A DNA stretch of 64,000 nucleotides from an uncultured Thermoleophilia bacterium (lineage in GTDB: Bacteria; Actinomycetota; Thermoleophilia; UBA2241), in NCBI GenBank assembly GCA_963831295.1, contig CAWHPR010000002.1:236881-300880 (forward strand), read 5' to 3'. Under the pieces are notes generated by a model. That model was not told where the DNA came from. It searched no databases and saw only the letters and a list, made by a program, of their open reading frames with translations. A program made the translations under genes and the position numbers. Numbering within the stretch: position 1 is the first letter of the stretch; each line of letters begins with the position of its first letter. Shown here piece after piece: positions 7,942 through 16,664 of this stretch.

Positions 7942-8247
7942 CTACGGCTGAAGCTCGAGGTGCGCCGCGCCGTTGGCCTCGTCGCGGAAGCAGGTGACGG
8001 CCCCCGTGTGACAGGCAGGCCCCGCGGGGTCGACACTCATGAGCACGGTGTCGCAGTCGCAGTCGAGGCGGAGGGAGTGCACGCGCTGCACGTTGCCGCT
8101 GGTGGCGCCCTTGTGCCACAGCTCCCTGCGCCGCCGGCTCCAGAAATGGGCCTCACCGATGACGACGGTCGCCTCGAGCGCCTCGGCGTTGGCGTAGGCC
8201 ACCATGAGGACCTCGCCCGTCTTCGCGTCCTGCACGACGCAGGGCAC
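7942..8247 (-). CDS. hisI: Phosphoribosyl-AMP cyclohydrolase
   Basis: [25 protein letters not shown]...[13 protein letters not shown]...DCDCDTVL...GPACHTG matches HisI. The frame stays open upstream (…[11 protein letters not shown]) without a canonical start, so the true start is uncertain. Confidence 0.88.
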   Translation of the reverse strand: MPCVVQDAKTGEVLMVAYANAEALEATVVIGEAHFWSRRRRELWHKGATSGNVQRVHSLRLDCDCDTVLMSVDPAGPACHTGAVTCFRDEANGAAHLELQP

Positions 8248-8276
8248 GAGCCCGTCGGCGCCGTACCGGACGGAGT

Positions 8277-8999
8277 TCAGGAAGGCAGCTTGGTCGATGA
8301 CCGCTCCTCTCGCCGACCCAGTACCTCCTGCATGATGGCGATGCCGGCGCTCGTACCGATACGGGTGGCGCCGGCGTTGATCATCAGCTCGACGTCCCTG
8401 AGAGTGCGGATGCCGCCGGAGGCCTTGACCCCGATGTGCTCGTCGAGGCAGTCACGCAGCAGTTCGACGTCCTGCACGGTCGCGCCCTGAGGGCCATATC
8501 CTGTCGAGGTCTTCGCGAAGTCGACGCCTGCCTGCCCGAGGATCGTGCAGGCCAGCCGCTTCATCTTGTTGGAGAGGTAGCAGGTCTCGATGATGGCCTT
8601 GACCAGCGCGTGACCCCTGCCGGTGTTGACCGATTTCATGCGGACGGCGCGTACGACGCTGACGAGCTCGTCGCGTACGTAGCCGAACTCGCCGGACAGC
8701 ATGGCGGGCAGGTTGAACACGACGTCGATCTCGTCGGCGCCCTTGCCGATCGCGTCCTGGGCGGCGGCCACCTTGGCGCGCATGTCGTCGGCTCCGAAGG
8801 GAAACGAGATGACCGTGCACACCTTCACGTCCGCCTCCCTCAGGAGACCGTCGGCCAGCGGCACGTAGTGCGGAAACACGCAGACGCTCGCGAAGTGATG
8901 GCGCACCGCCTCGCGGCAGAGCCGCTCCACGTCGTGCGCCGTCGCGTCAGCCCGCAGCAGCGTATGGTCGATGGTCTTGGCGAGTTCCTCGGCGTGCAC
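8277..8999 (-). CDS. deoC: Deoxyribose-phosphate aldolase
   Basis: [12 protein letters not shown]..., [26 protein letters not shown] and [10 protein letters not shown] (Schiff-base Lys context). Confidence 0.9.
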   Translation of the reverse strand: MHAEELAKTIDHTLLRADATAHDVERLCREAVRHHFASVCVFPHYVPLADGLLREADVKVCTVISFPFGADDMRAKVAAAQDAIGKGADEIDVVFNLPAMLSGEFGYVRDELVSVVRAVRMKSVNTGRGHALVKAIIETCYLSNKMKRLACTILGQAGVDFAKTSTGYGPQGATVQDVELLRDCLDEHIGVKASGGIRTLRDVELMINAGATRIGTSAGIAIMQEVLGRREERSSTKLPS

Positions 9000-9088
9000 G
9001 ACGTGCGGCCTCCACGGAGAACGGTGCGCTCTCCCTCCTCAAGTATATCAACTGGGAACGCGCCCGAGCGCCCGGCCCGCGTACGACC

Positions 9089-9979
9089 TCAGAGCAGCCG
9101 GTCCACGTAGCGCTCATCGCGGCGCCAGCGGCGTCGCACCTTGATGCGCAGGTCGAGGAACACCTGGGCGCCGACCACGCCCTCGATCTCGCGACGCGCC
9201 GCCGAGCCGATGGCCTTCACCGTCCGGCCGCCCTTGCCGACCAGGATCGCCTTCTGCGACTCGGTCTCGACGATCAGATGCGCCTGGATCTCGACGAGCG
9301 GCCGATCCTCGCGCTCCACCATCTCCGTGATCTCGACGGCGACGGCGTGTGGCACCTCGTCGCGGGTGCGGCACAGCGCCTGCTCGCGGACCAACTCGGC
9401 GATGAGCAGCTCGAGCGGCTGGTCGCTGAGATGACCCTCGGGGAAGTAGACCGGTCCCGCCGGCATCGCGGCGGCCAGACGCTCGACGACCGGCGCCAGA
9501 CCTCTGCGGCGGAGAGCGCTGACGGCAAGCACGTCGGCGCCCCCCGTCAGCTCGCGCGCCTCGGCGAGGCGCCGTTCGACCCATTCGGTGGAGACCGCGT
9601 CGCACTTGTTCAGGAGGTAGACCGCAGGCCGATCGGCGCCGGCGACCGCCCGCAGGATGAAGCGGTCGCCGGCGCCGATCGGCTCCGCCGCATTGAGGAG
9701 CACGAGGGCGGCGTCGACTTCGGCGAGCGCGTCGTCCACCGCCCTCTGCATGCGACGGGTCAGCGAGTCGAACGGCTTCTGGAAGCCGGGCAGGTCGAGC
9801 AGCACGACTTGGCAGTCCGGCAGACGCAGCACCCCGCTGATCCGCCGCCTCGTGGTCTGCGGATGGTCTGAGACGATACTGACCTTGCTCCCCACGAGCG
9901 CGTTGACCAGCGTCGACTTGCCCACGTTCGGGCGCCCGAGCACGGCGACGAACCCCGAGCGGTAGGTGCTCTCAGGCAT
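9089..9979 (-). CDS. era: GTPase Era
   Basis: GFVAVLGRPNVGKSTLVNALVG (G1), DTPG-like DLPGF, NKCD, and a C-terminal KH domain (VGKGGRTVKAIG). Confidence 0.95.
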   Translation of the reverse strand: MPESTYRSGFVAVLGRPNVGKSTLVNALVGSKVSIVSDHPQTTRRRISGVLRLPDCQVVLLDLPGFQKPFDSLTRRMQRAVDDALAEVDAALVLLNAAEPIGAGDRFILRAVAGADRPAVYLLNKCDAVSTEWVERRLAEARELTGGADVLAVSALRRRGLAPVVERLAAAMPAGPVYFPEGHLSDQPLELLIAELVREQALCRTRDEVPHAVAVEITEMVEREDRPLVEIQAHLIVETESQKAILVGKGGRTVKAIGSAARREIEGVVGAQVFLDLRIKVRRRWRRDERYVDRLL

Positions 9980-10409
9980 CCGGGTCCTCGGCCCGCCCCG
10001 TGCCGGGCGGGCCCGGGAACGGCGACGGCAGGAGCTCGACCGACTGGAGCACGCGCACGGCTCCGTCGACCTTCAGGATCACTTCGTGCCTGCCGAATCC
10101 GGCCAGCGCCTGCAGACACATGCCGCACGGCGCAAGGTCACTACCGTCGGCCGCGGCCACGGCGACGTAGCGCAGGCGCCGCTCGCCGAACGCGACCATC
10201 GCCGCGAGGGCGGCGCGCTCGGCGCAGAGGCCCACCGGGTAGGAGGCGTTCTCGACGTTGACGCCGTGGTGGCTGCGTCCGGACGGGCCGACGACCACGG
10301 CCCCGACCTGGAAACCCGAGTACGGCGCGTGCGCCCGCTCCGCGATCGTGCTGGCCTCCTGGAAGAGCAGCCGTTCGGAGAGATCCGGTTCTCTGCCCGC
10401 GGCGCTCAC
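9972..10409 (-). CDS. cdd: Cytidine deaminase
   Basis: HAPYSGFQVGAVVV, CAERAAL and PCGMCLQAL zinc ligands. The track start is 10421. The GTG at 10409 forms a GTGA overlap with the upstream stop and is an equally good start. Confidence 0.9.
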   Translation of the reverse strand: MSAAGREPDLSERLLFQEASTIAERAHAPYSGFQVGAVVVGPSGRSHHGVNVENASYPVGLCAERAALAAMVAFGERRLRYVAVAAADGSDLAPCGMCLQALAGFGRHEVILKVDGAVRVLQSVELLPSPFPGPPGTGRAEDPDA

Positions 10410-11125
10410 ATCGGCGCCCACACCTGGAAGATCAGGAGAGCCACGATGGAGCCCACCGCCGCGCCCAGCGCCACCTCGAACAGCGTGTGGATGCCCGCCT
10501 GGATGCGGCTCTGAGCGACCAGCAACGCCATGAGCAGCGCCACCAGCGAGATCGGCAGCGCGTAGGCCGTCGTGCTCGCGATGAAGGTCAGCGCGACCCA
10601 GCCGGCGAAGGCGATCGCCGCGTGGCCGGACGGCAGGCCGCCGTGCAGGGCGGTGCCCGTCTTCGTCAGGGCCTTCACGGCGATCACCACGAGGACCACG
10701 AGGACGAGCGCGATCACGGTGATGTCGACGGACGAGGTCCGCACCCGCTGCAGCACGCTGTACGGCACCCGCGTGATGCGGTCGTAGAAGACGAGGTACG
10801 CGACCGCGACGGCGTTCACGGCGGCGACGAGCACGGCGCCGGCGGCGACGTCCTTGGCGATCTTGGCGCGCGGGTCGTGCTCGTCGGTCACCATGTCCAT
10901 CAGCTGTTCGATGGCGGTGTTGAGCATCTCGGCGATGAGCACGAATGAGATGGCCACCAGCAGCGCGATGATCTCGAGTCGCGTCAGGGCGAAGAACAGC
11001 GCGCCCAGCAGCACGATCACGGCGAGCCCGAAGTGGATCTGCATGTTGCGCTCGTGGCGCAGCGCGTGCACGATCCCCTCGAAGGCCCAGTTGAAGCTGT
11101 GCAGCAGGCTACGACGCGGTATCAA
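10406..11125 (-). CDS. dgkA: Fusion of DgkA-type (diacylglycerol/undecaprenol) kinase with a PAP2-type phosphatase C-terminal module
   Basis: The N-terminal half, SFNWAFEGIVHALRHERNMQIH...AEMLNTAIEQLMDMV...AKDVAAGAVLV, is DgkA-like. The C-terminal half carries PAP2 motifs PSGH and SRIQAGIH-x3-E. The TTG at 11125 (GGGAGAGG upstream) overlaps the ybeY stop. The track ORF N-terminus (to 11455) is the ybeY antisense frame. Confidence 0.8.
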   Translation of the reverse strand: MIPRRSLLHSFNWAFEGIVHALRHERNMQIHFGLAVIVLLGALFFALTRLEIIALLVAISFVLIAEMLNTAIEQLMDMVTDEHDPRAKIAKDVAAGAVLVAAVNAVAVAYLVFYDRITRVPYSVLQRVRTSSVDITVIALVLVVLVVIAVKALTKTGTALHGGLPSGHAAIAFAGWVALTFIASTTAYALPISLVALLMALLVAQSRIQAGIHTLFEVALGAAVGSIVALLIFQVWAPM

Positions 11126-11603
11126 GGAGCCTCTCCCAGTCGAGCCCTTCGAGCAGCTCGCCCTGACGCAGCGCCATACGCCCGGCGTCGATCTCGTGGT
11201 CGTAGCCCAACAGGTGGAGTACACCGTGCACGAGGAGCACGGAGAGCTCGAAGGCGGGCGGGACGTCGTGGGCGCGCGCCTGGCGCAGCCCCTGGCGCGC
11301 GCCCACGACGACGTCGCCCAGCAGGCGCGGCGGGACGTCGCCCGGCGCTGCCGACTCGAGCTCACGCCAGGTCGCCAGCTCGTCCTCGGCCTCGAGCGGG
11401 AAGGCGAGGACGTCGGTGACGCGGTCGAGGCCGCGGTGTTCACGGTTGAGCGCACGCATGCGCGCGTCGCCCACGAAGGCCACGCCCACCTCGGCGCCGT
11501 ACACGCCTTCGGCGTCGAGCACGGCGCCGACGAGCGTGGCCGCCGCCGCCTCGTCGATCGCGACGCGCGTGCGGTTCACGACGTCGACGAGGGTCCCGTT
11601 CAC
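11109..11603 (-). CDS. ybeY: rRNA maturation endoribonuclease YbeY
   Basis: 164 aa with the HGVLHLLGYDHE metal-binding motif. Confidence 0.95.
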   Translation of the reverse strand: MNGTLVDVVNRTRVAIDEAAAATLVGAVLDAEGVYGAEVGVAFVGDARMRALNREHRGLDRVTDVLAFPLEAEDELATWRELESAAPGDVPPRLLGDVVVGARQGLRQARAHDVPPAFELSVLLVHGVLHLLGYDHEIDAGRMALRQGELLEGLDWERLLDTAS

Positions 11604-12577
11604 GTCTCCTGCCCAGCCTGCAGACGCTCGCCGTGCGCCTTGTAGGCGTTCACGATGCGCTGCACCAGCTTGTGCCGCACGACGTCGTGCCCGTCGAACT
11701 GCACCGCGGTGATGTCGGGGATCGCCTCGAGCACCTCGGGGACGGTGACCAGCCCGGAGGTGCGAGGCTGCGGCAGGTCGATCTGGGTCACGTCGCCGGT
11801 CACGACCATCTTCGAGCCGAACCCGAGGCGGGTCAGGAACATCTTCATCTGCTCGGGCGAGGTGTTCTGCGCCTCGTCGAGGATGATGAACGAGTCGTTC
11901 AAGGTCCGGCCCCGCATGAAGGCGAGGGGCGCGACCTCGATCTCACCGTTCTCGATGAGGGCCGCCAGCTTGTCGCCGTCCATCATGTCGTAGAGCGCGT
12001 CGAACAGAGGCCTGAAGTACGGATCGACCTTCTCGGAGACGCTGCCCGGCAGAAAGCCGAGACTCTCCCCCGCCTCCACGGCAGGGCGCGTGAGGATGAT
12101 GCGGCCAACGGTCTTGGAGAAGAAGGCGTTGACGGCCATGGCCGTGGCAAGGTACGTCTTGCCGGTGCCGGCCGGACCGATGCCGAACGTGATCGTGTTC
12201 GCGCGGATCGCGTCGACGTAGCGCTTCTGGTTCACCGTCCGCGGTCCGATCTGGCGATCGCGATGCGCCCAGACCACATCGCCGTAGACCTCCGACGGCT
12301 TCCCGGAGGCGCTCACGGCGATGTCCATGAGCGACTCGACCATGGGCGGACTGAGCGGCCGGCCGGAGCGGATGACGGTGAGCAGCTCGTCGAACGCGGC
12401 ACGCGCCTTGGCGACCGCGTCGGGCTCGCCCTCGAGCGTCAGCACGTTGCCGCGCAGGGTGAGACGGCAGTCGAGGCGCTCCTCGATGATCTTGAGCTGC
12501 GCGTCGTGCTCGCCGGCGAGGCTCAGGGCGATGGCGTTCGAGTCGAGCTCGATGACCACTCGCGTGAGCGCGGGCAT
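11600..12577 (-). CDS. phoH: PhoH-like ATPase
   Basis: 325 aa with GPAGTGKTYLA Walker A and ILDEAQN, plus an N-terminal KH-like region. Confidence 0.95.
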   Translation of the reverse strand: MPALTRVVIELDSNAIALSLAGEHDAQLKIIEERLDCRLTLRGNVLTLEGEPDAVAKARAAFDELLTVIRSGRPLSPPMVESLMDIAVSASGKPSEVYGDVVWAHRDRQIGPRTVNQKRYVDAIRANTITFGIGPAGTGKTYLATAMAVNAFFSKTVGRIILTRPAVEAGESLGFLPGSVSEKVDPYFRPLFDALYDMMDGDKLAALIENGEIEVAPLAFMRGRTLNDSFIILDEAQNTSPEQMKMFLTRLGFGSKMVVTGDVTQIDLPQPRTSGLVTVPEVLEAIPDITAVQFDGHDVVRHKLVQRIVNAYKAHGERLQAGQET

Positions 12578-12580
12578 GCG

Positions 12581-13040
12581 TCAGCCCCCGAGCCTGCGAC
12601 GTACGAGTTCGCTGAGCGCCTTGCCGTCGGCCCGGCCGGCGACCTGCGGCATCACCCTGCCCATGACCTTGCCCATCTCCTTCGGCGACGACGGCGCCGG
12701 TCGCGGCGATCGCCTCGTCGACCAGGCGCTCGAGCTCGTCGCGCGGGAGAGCCGCGGGCAGATAGCCCGCGATCAGCTCGATCTCGAAGCGCGCCCGCTC
12801 GGCGAGGTCGGGGCGGTCCCCCTCCGTGTAGAGCTCGAGGGCCTCGCTGCGACGCTTGCGCTCGCGGCCGAGCACGGCCGACTCGTCGGCCTCGCTCGGC
12901 GCCGTGCCCGCGTCGATGCGGGCCTTCTTCAGCTCGGCGATGACGGTGCTGAGCGCCTCGCGCCGCCGCTTGTCGCCCGCCTTCAAGGCGGCGACGGCGT
13001 CGTCCTTCATGCGCCGCTCGAGAGCGCCCGCTTCTCTCAT
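12581..13040 (-). pseudogene. yqeY: GatB/YqeY-domain protein, reading frame broken by an apparent 1-nt insertion
   Basis: From ATG 13040 (GGGAGG 6 nt upstream) the sequence is MREAGALERRMKDDAVAALKAGDKRRREALSTVIAELKKARID...LVDEAIAATGA. The conserved tail SSPKEMGKVMGRVMPQVAGRADGKALSELVRRRLGG* continues in another frame and ends at TGA 12583-12581. The span is 460 nt (3n+1). In the track it appears as a 384-aa ORF running through phoH. Confidence 0.8.
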
Positions 13041-13164
13041 CCCATGCCTCCCAGTCCGGCGTCGCTGATCACACGATACCCGCTCCCGTCGACGCATGCC
13101 TCGCGCGCCGTGGCGGCCCCGGCTGCGACCCCGCCGGCATCGACGCCGCAGGAGACGCAGTCGC

Positions 13165-14401
13165 TCACGCGATCCGCCCTTTCACGCCGTCACTGTAGAC
13201 CTCGTCGGCCACCACGCGCACCGTACGGCCCGGCGCCGCGGGCCGCGCGAGATAGTAGCGCACGTACTCAGAACTGTACCCCTTCCAGAGGCCGTCGCGC
13301 CGCTCCTCGACGAGGACCTCGGCGGGACGGCCCAGCGCTGCGCGGGCGGCCGCGCTCGCGGCGGCCTCCGGCCGCCGCGAGCGCGGCCGCCCGCCGACGG
13401 CGCACCTCGGCGACCGGCAGCGGCGCCAGCGCCGCGGCCGGCGTCCCCGGGCGCGGCGAGTAGGCGAAGACGTGGACGCGGCCGAACAGGCCGGCCTGCA
13501 GGGCCGCGAGGCTGCGCGCGAAGGCCGCCTCGTCCTCGGTCGGGAAGCCGACCATCAGGTCGGTCGAGAACGCGCAGCCGCCGAGCCGCAGGCGCGCGCG
13601 CTCGAGCGTCGCACGGTACGCGCGCCAGTCGTACGGCCTGCCCATCGCCGCCAGGACGCCGTCGTCCGCGGACTGCAGGGGCACGTGCAGGTGACGCGCG
13701 ACGCGCGGATGCTCCAGCGCCGCGAGAAGGCGCTCATCGAGCGCGCCCGGCTCGAGAGAGGACAGCCGCAGACGCGCCAGCCCCGGCACGGCGACGAGCG
13801 CGCCGACCAGCGCGGCCAGATCGGCTCCCGAGCCGGCGTCGCGATAGGCGCCGAGGTCGATGCCGCTGAGCACGACCTCGCCGCAGCCGTCGGCGACCGC
13901 GGCGGTGGCCGCGGCGACCGCGTCGGCGAGCGGCAGGCTGCGCGGCGCGCCGCGCACCAGCCGCACGACGCAGTAGGTGCAGCGACCGCCGCACCCGTCC
14001 TGCGCCTTGAGGACGAAGCGCGTGCGGCGCCGCGGCGGCGGCGCGGGGACGCTTCCCTCGACCCGCGTGGCCGTGCTCTTCCCCGCCACCTCGCCGGCGA
14101 TGTCCGCCCACGTGCGTCCGCCGAGCGACGTGACGCCGTCGGCCGCGAACTGCGTGGCGTCGAGCGTGACGGCGCAGCCGGTGACGATCACGGGCAGACC
14201 GCCGCGAGCCAGCCGGTTGACGAGCTGCCGCGACTTGCGCTCGGCTTCGGCCGTGACGGCACAGGTGTGGACGACCGCGAGGTCGGCGTCGCCGCGCGTG
14301 GCCGCCGCCTCGAGCCCCGCCGCGAGCAGCTGCGCTCGCGCGGCGTCCGAGTCGGCCTGGCTCACCTTGCAGCCGACGAACGCCGAGTAGACCCTCGTCA
14401 T
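13165..14401 (-). CDS. mtaB: Radical-SAM methylthiotransferase (MtaB/MiaB-like); C-terminal TRAM domain in a shifted frame
   Basis: MTRVYSAFVGCKVSQADS..., radical-SAM CGGRCTYC. After ...AEVRRRRAAALAAA the track ORF turns Arg-rich and stops at 13268. The TRAM-like tail EAAASAAARAALGRPAEVLVEERRDGLWKGYSSEYVRYYLARPAAPGRTVRVVADEVYSDGVKGRIA* lies in another frame and ends at 13167-13165. The span is 3n+1. Confidence 0.8.
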
Positions 14402-14459
14402 GGCGTGCCCCCCGGCCCCGTGCGGAGCGGCGCGAGGAGTGTCCCCGCGCACGAACGGA

Positions 14460-15609
14460 TCACTGACGGAAGGCGGAACGCACCTTCTCGAGGAAGCCGG
14501 GATCCGCCTCGTAGGCTTCGTCCTCGGTCGCCGCGGCGAACTGCCGCAGCAGCTCGCGCTGCTCGCCGTTCAGGCGCTGTGGCACCACCACATTGACTAC
14601 CACCTTGAGGTCGCCACGACCGTACCCCTGCAGCGACGGCACCCCGCGGTTCTTGAAGACCTTGACCGTGCCGCTCTGGGTGCCGGGGGCGAGCTTGACC
14701 TCGAGGTCACCGTCGAGGGCCTCCACCGCGGCCTTGGCGCCGAGAGTCGCGTCGACCATGGTCACGTCGAGTCTGTACAGCAGATCGTCGCCGTCGCGCA
14801 CGAACCTCTCGTGAGGTTCGACCGTGACGGCCACGTAGAGGTCGCCGGGACGGCCACCCTGAGCGCCGGCCCCGCCCTCGCCGGTGAGCCGCAGCCGCTG
14901 CCCGTCGGCGATGCCCGCCGGCGCCTCGACCGTCACCGTGCGCGCGGCGCGCACGCGGCCCGTGCCGCGGCAGCCTTCGCAGGGTTCGCGGACGATCGAG
15001 CCGCGGCCGCGACAGACCGAGCAGGTGCTCGTGCGCACGAACTGCCCGAAACCGCCGAGGCTGGAGACCTCGCGCATCCGCCCGCTGCCGCTGCACTGGG
15101 GACATGTCTCGCGGCCGGCGCCGTCCGCGGCGCCGCTGCCGCCGCAGGCGTCGCAGCGGACCTCGGTCACGAGCTCGACGTCCTTCGACGCGCCGAAGAC
15201 CGACTCGGCGAGAGTCAGCTCCAGCGTGGTCTCGACGTCGTCGCCGCGTGGCGGCGGCGCCCCGCCGCTGGCCGCCGCCCACCCGCCGCCGGCGTCGCGC
15301 AGCACCGAGTCGAAGACGCCGCCGCCGAAGAAGACGTTGAACAGGTCGCCGAAGCCGACATGCTCGAAGTCGGTGAGCGGCCGGCCCTTCAGCCCGTCGA
15401 ACCCGTAGCGGTCGTAGGCGGCGCGCGTGTCCGCGTCGCTCAGCACCTCGTAGGCCTCGGCGGCCTCCTTGAAGTTCGCCTCGCAATCGGCGTCGCCGGG
15501 GTTGACGTCCGGGTGGCACTCGCGCGCCAGCTTGCGGAACGCCTTCTTGACCTCTTGCGCTCCGGCGTCGCGCTGGCACGCCGAGCACGTCGTAGTAGTC
15601 ACGCTTCAT
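14460..15609 (-). CDS. dnaJ: Chaperone DnaJ; first 11 codons in a different frame from the rest
   Basis: ATG 15609 encodes [11 protein letters not shown]. The rest of the J domain ([27 protein letters not shown]), the CxxCxGxG zinc fingers and the C-terminal domain are in the frame of track ORF 14460..15602. The span is 1150 nt (3n+1). Confidence 0.85.
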
Positions 15610-15628
15610 AAGTCGTCACGTCCGTCAG

Positions 15629-16648
15629 TCACCAGACCTCTTCGAGATAGTCGCTCAACCCGTCGGCGCTCGAGCGCACGGCGGCGATCACGCGCTGGTA
15701 GTCCATCCGCGTGGGCCCGAGGACGCTCACCGTCCCGAGGTTGCGGTTGGCCACGCCGTAGTTCGCCGCGACCAGCGAGCACGCCTGCAGCGACGGTGTC
15801 GCCAGCTCGTGCCCGATGCGGAGGTACAGACCGTCCTCGCGGAGCGCGCCCGACACGACGCTCAGCAGCTCGTAGCGCTGCTCGAGGACCTCGAGCAGCT
15901 CGTTGAGGTGCGTCGCCCCCTCGCGGCTCAGGTTGTCGAGCAGGCGCGAGGTGCCGCCGACGTGCAGTCCCTCGACGTCGGCGGAGCCGAGCGCCTCGAA
16001 GACCGGGCGCAGCACGCCGAGGAAGGCGCGCTCCCTCGGTCCCAGCTCGGGGCTCGCGAACGCCGCGCGCACGACCCTCGTGCCCAGATTGGCGCCGGTG
16101 AGGCGCTCGTTCAGATAGACGCGAGCGAACTCGGCGAGCCCCTCGTCGACCGGCTCGCCGAACGTGAACACGCGCTTGGTCACCTGACCCGAGGTGGTGA
16201 TGACCACGACCATGATCGTGTGCGGCTGCAGGGCGAGCACCTCGACGTGGCGCACGGTCGACGTGGCCACGGCCGGGGCCGAGACGACGGCCAGCAGCTC
16301 GGTCACGCGCGAGAGCGCCTCGGCGGTCTCGCGCAGCGCGTCGTCGATCTCGGTGCGCGCACGATCGACGGCGAGCGGAGGTGCAGGCGCCACCGACCGC
16401 CGCTCGGCGACGATGCAGTCGACGTAGTGCCGATAGCCCTCGTCGGTCGGCACACGACCGGCCGAGGTGTGGGGGTGCGCGAGCAGGCCGAGCTCCTCGA
16501 GCTCCGCGAGATCGTTGCGGATCGTCGACGGCGCCGCGCCGAGTCCGAAGTGTTCACTGAGGTAGCGGGAACCGACCGGGGCGCCCGAGGCGATGTACTC
16601 CTCGACGACCGCCCGCAGGACGAGCTCCTGCCGCGTCTTGAGTGTCAT
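15629..16648 (-). CDS. hrcA: Heat-inducible transcription repressor HrcA
   Basis: MTLKTRQELVLRAVVEEYIASGAPVGSRYL... is typical of HrcA. The ATG at 16648 is preceded by AAGGGG. The track start is TTG 16663. Confidence 0.9.
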   Translation of the reverse strand: MTLKTRQELVLRAVVEEYIASGAPVGSRYLSEHFGLGAAPSTIRNDLAELEELGLLAHPHTSAGRVPTDEGYRHYVDCIVAERRSVAPAPPLAVDRARTEIDDALRETAEALSRVTELLAVVSAPAVATSTVRHVEVLALQPHTIMVVVITTSGQVTKRVFTFGEPVDEGLAEFARVYLNERLTGANLGTRVVRAAFASPELGPRERAFLGVLRPVFEALGSADVEGLHVGGTSRLLDNLSREGATHLNELLEVLEQRYELLSVVSGALREDGLYLRIGHELATPSLQACSLVAANYGVANRNLGTVSVLGPTRMDYQRVIAAVRSSADGLSDYLEEVW

Positions 16649-16664
16649 GCGACCCCTTGGCAAG

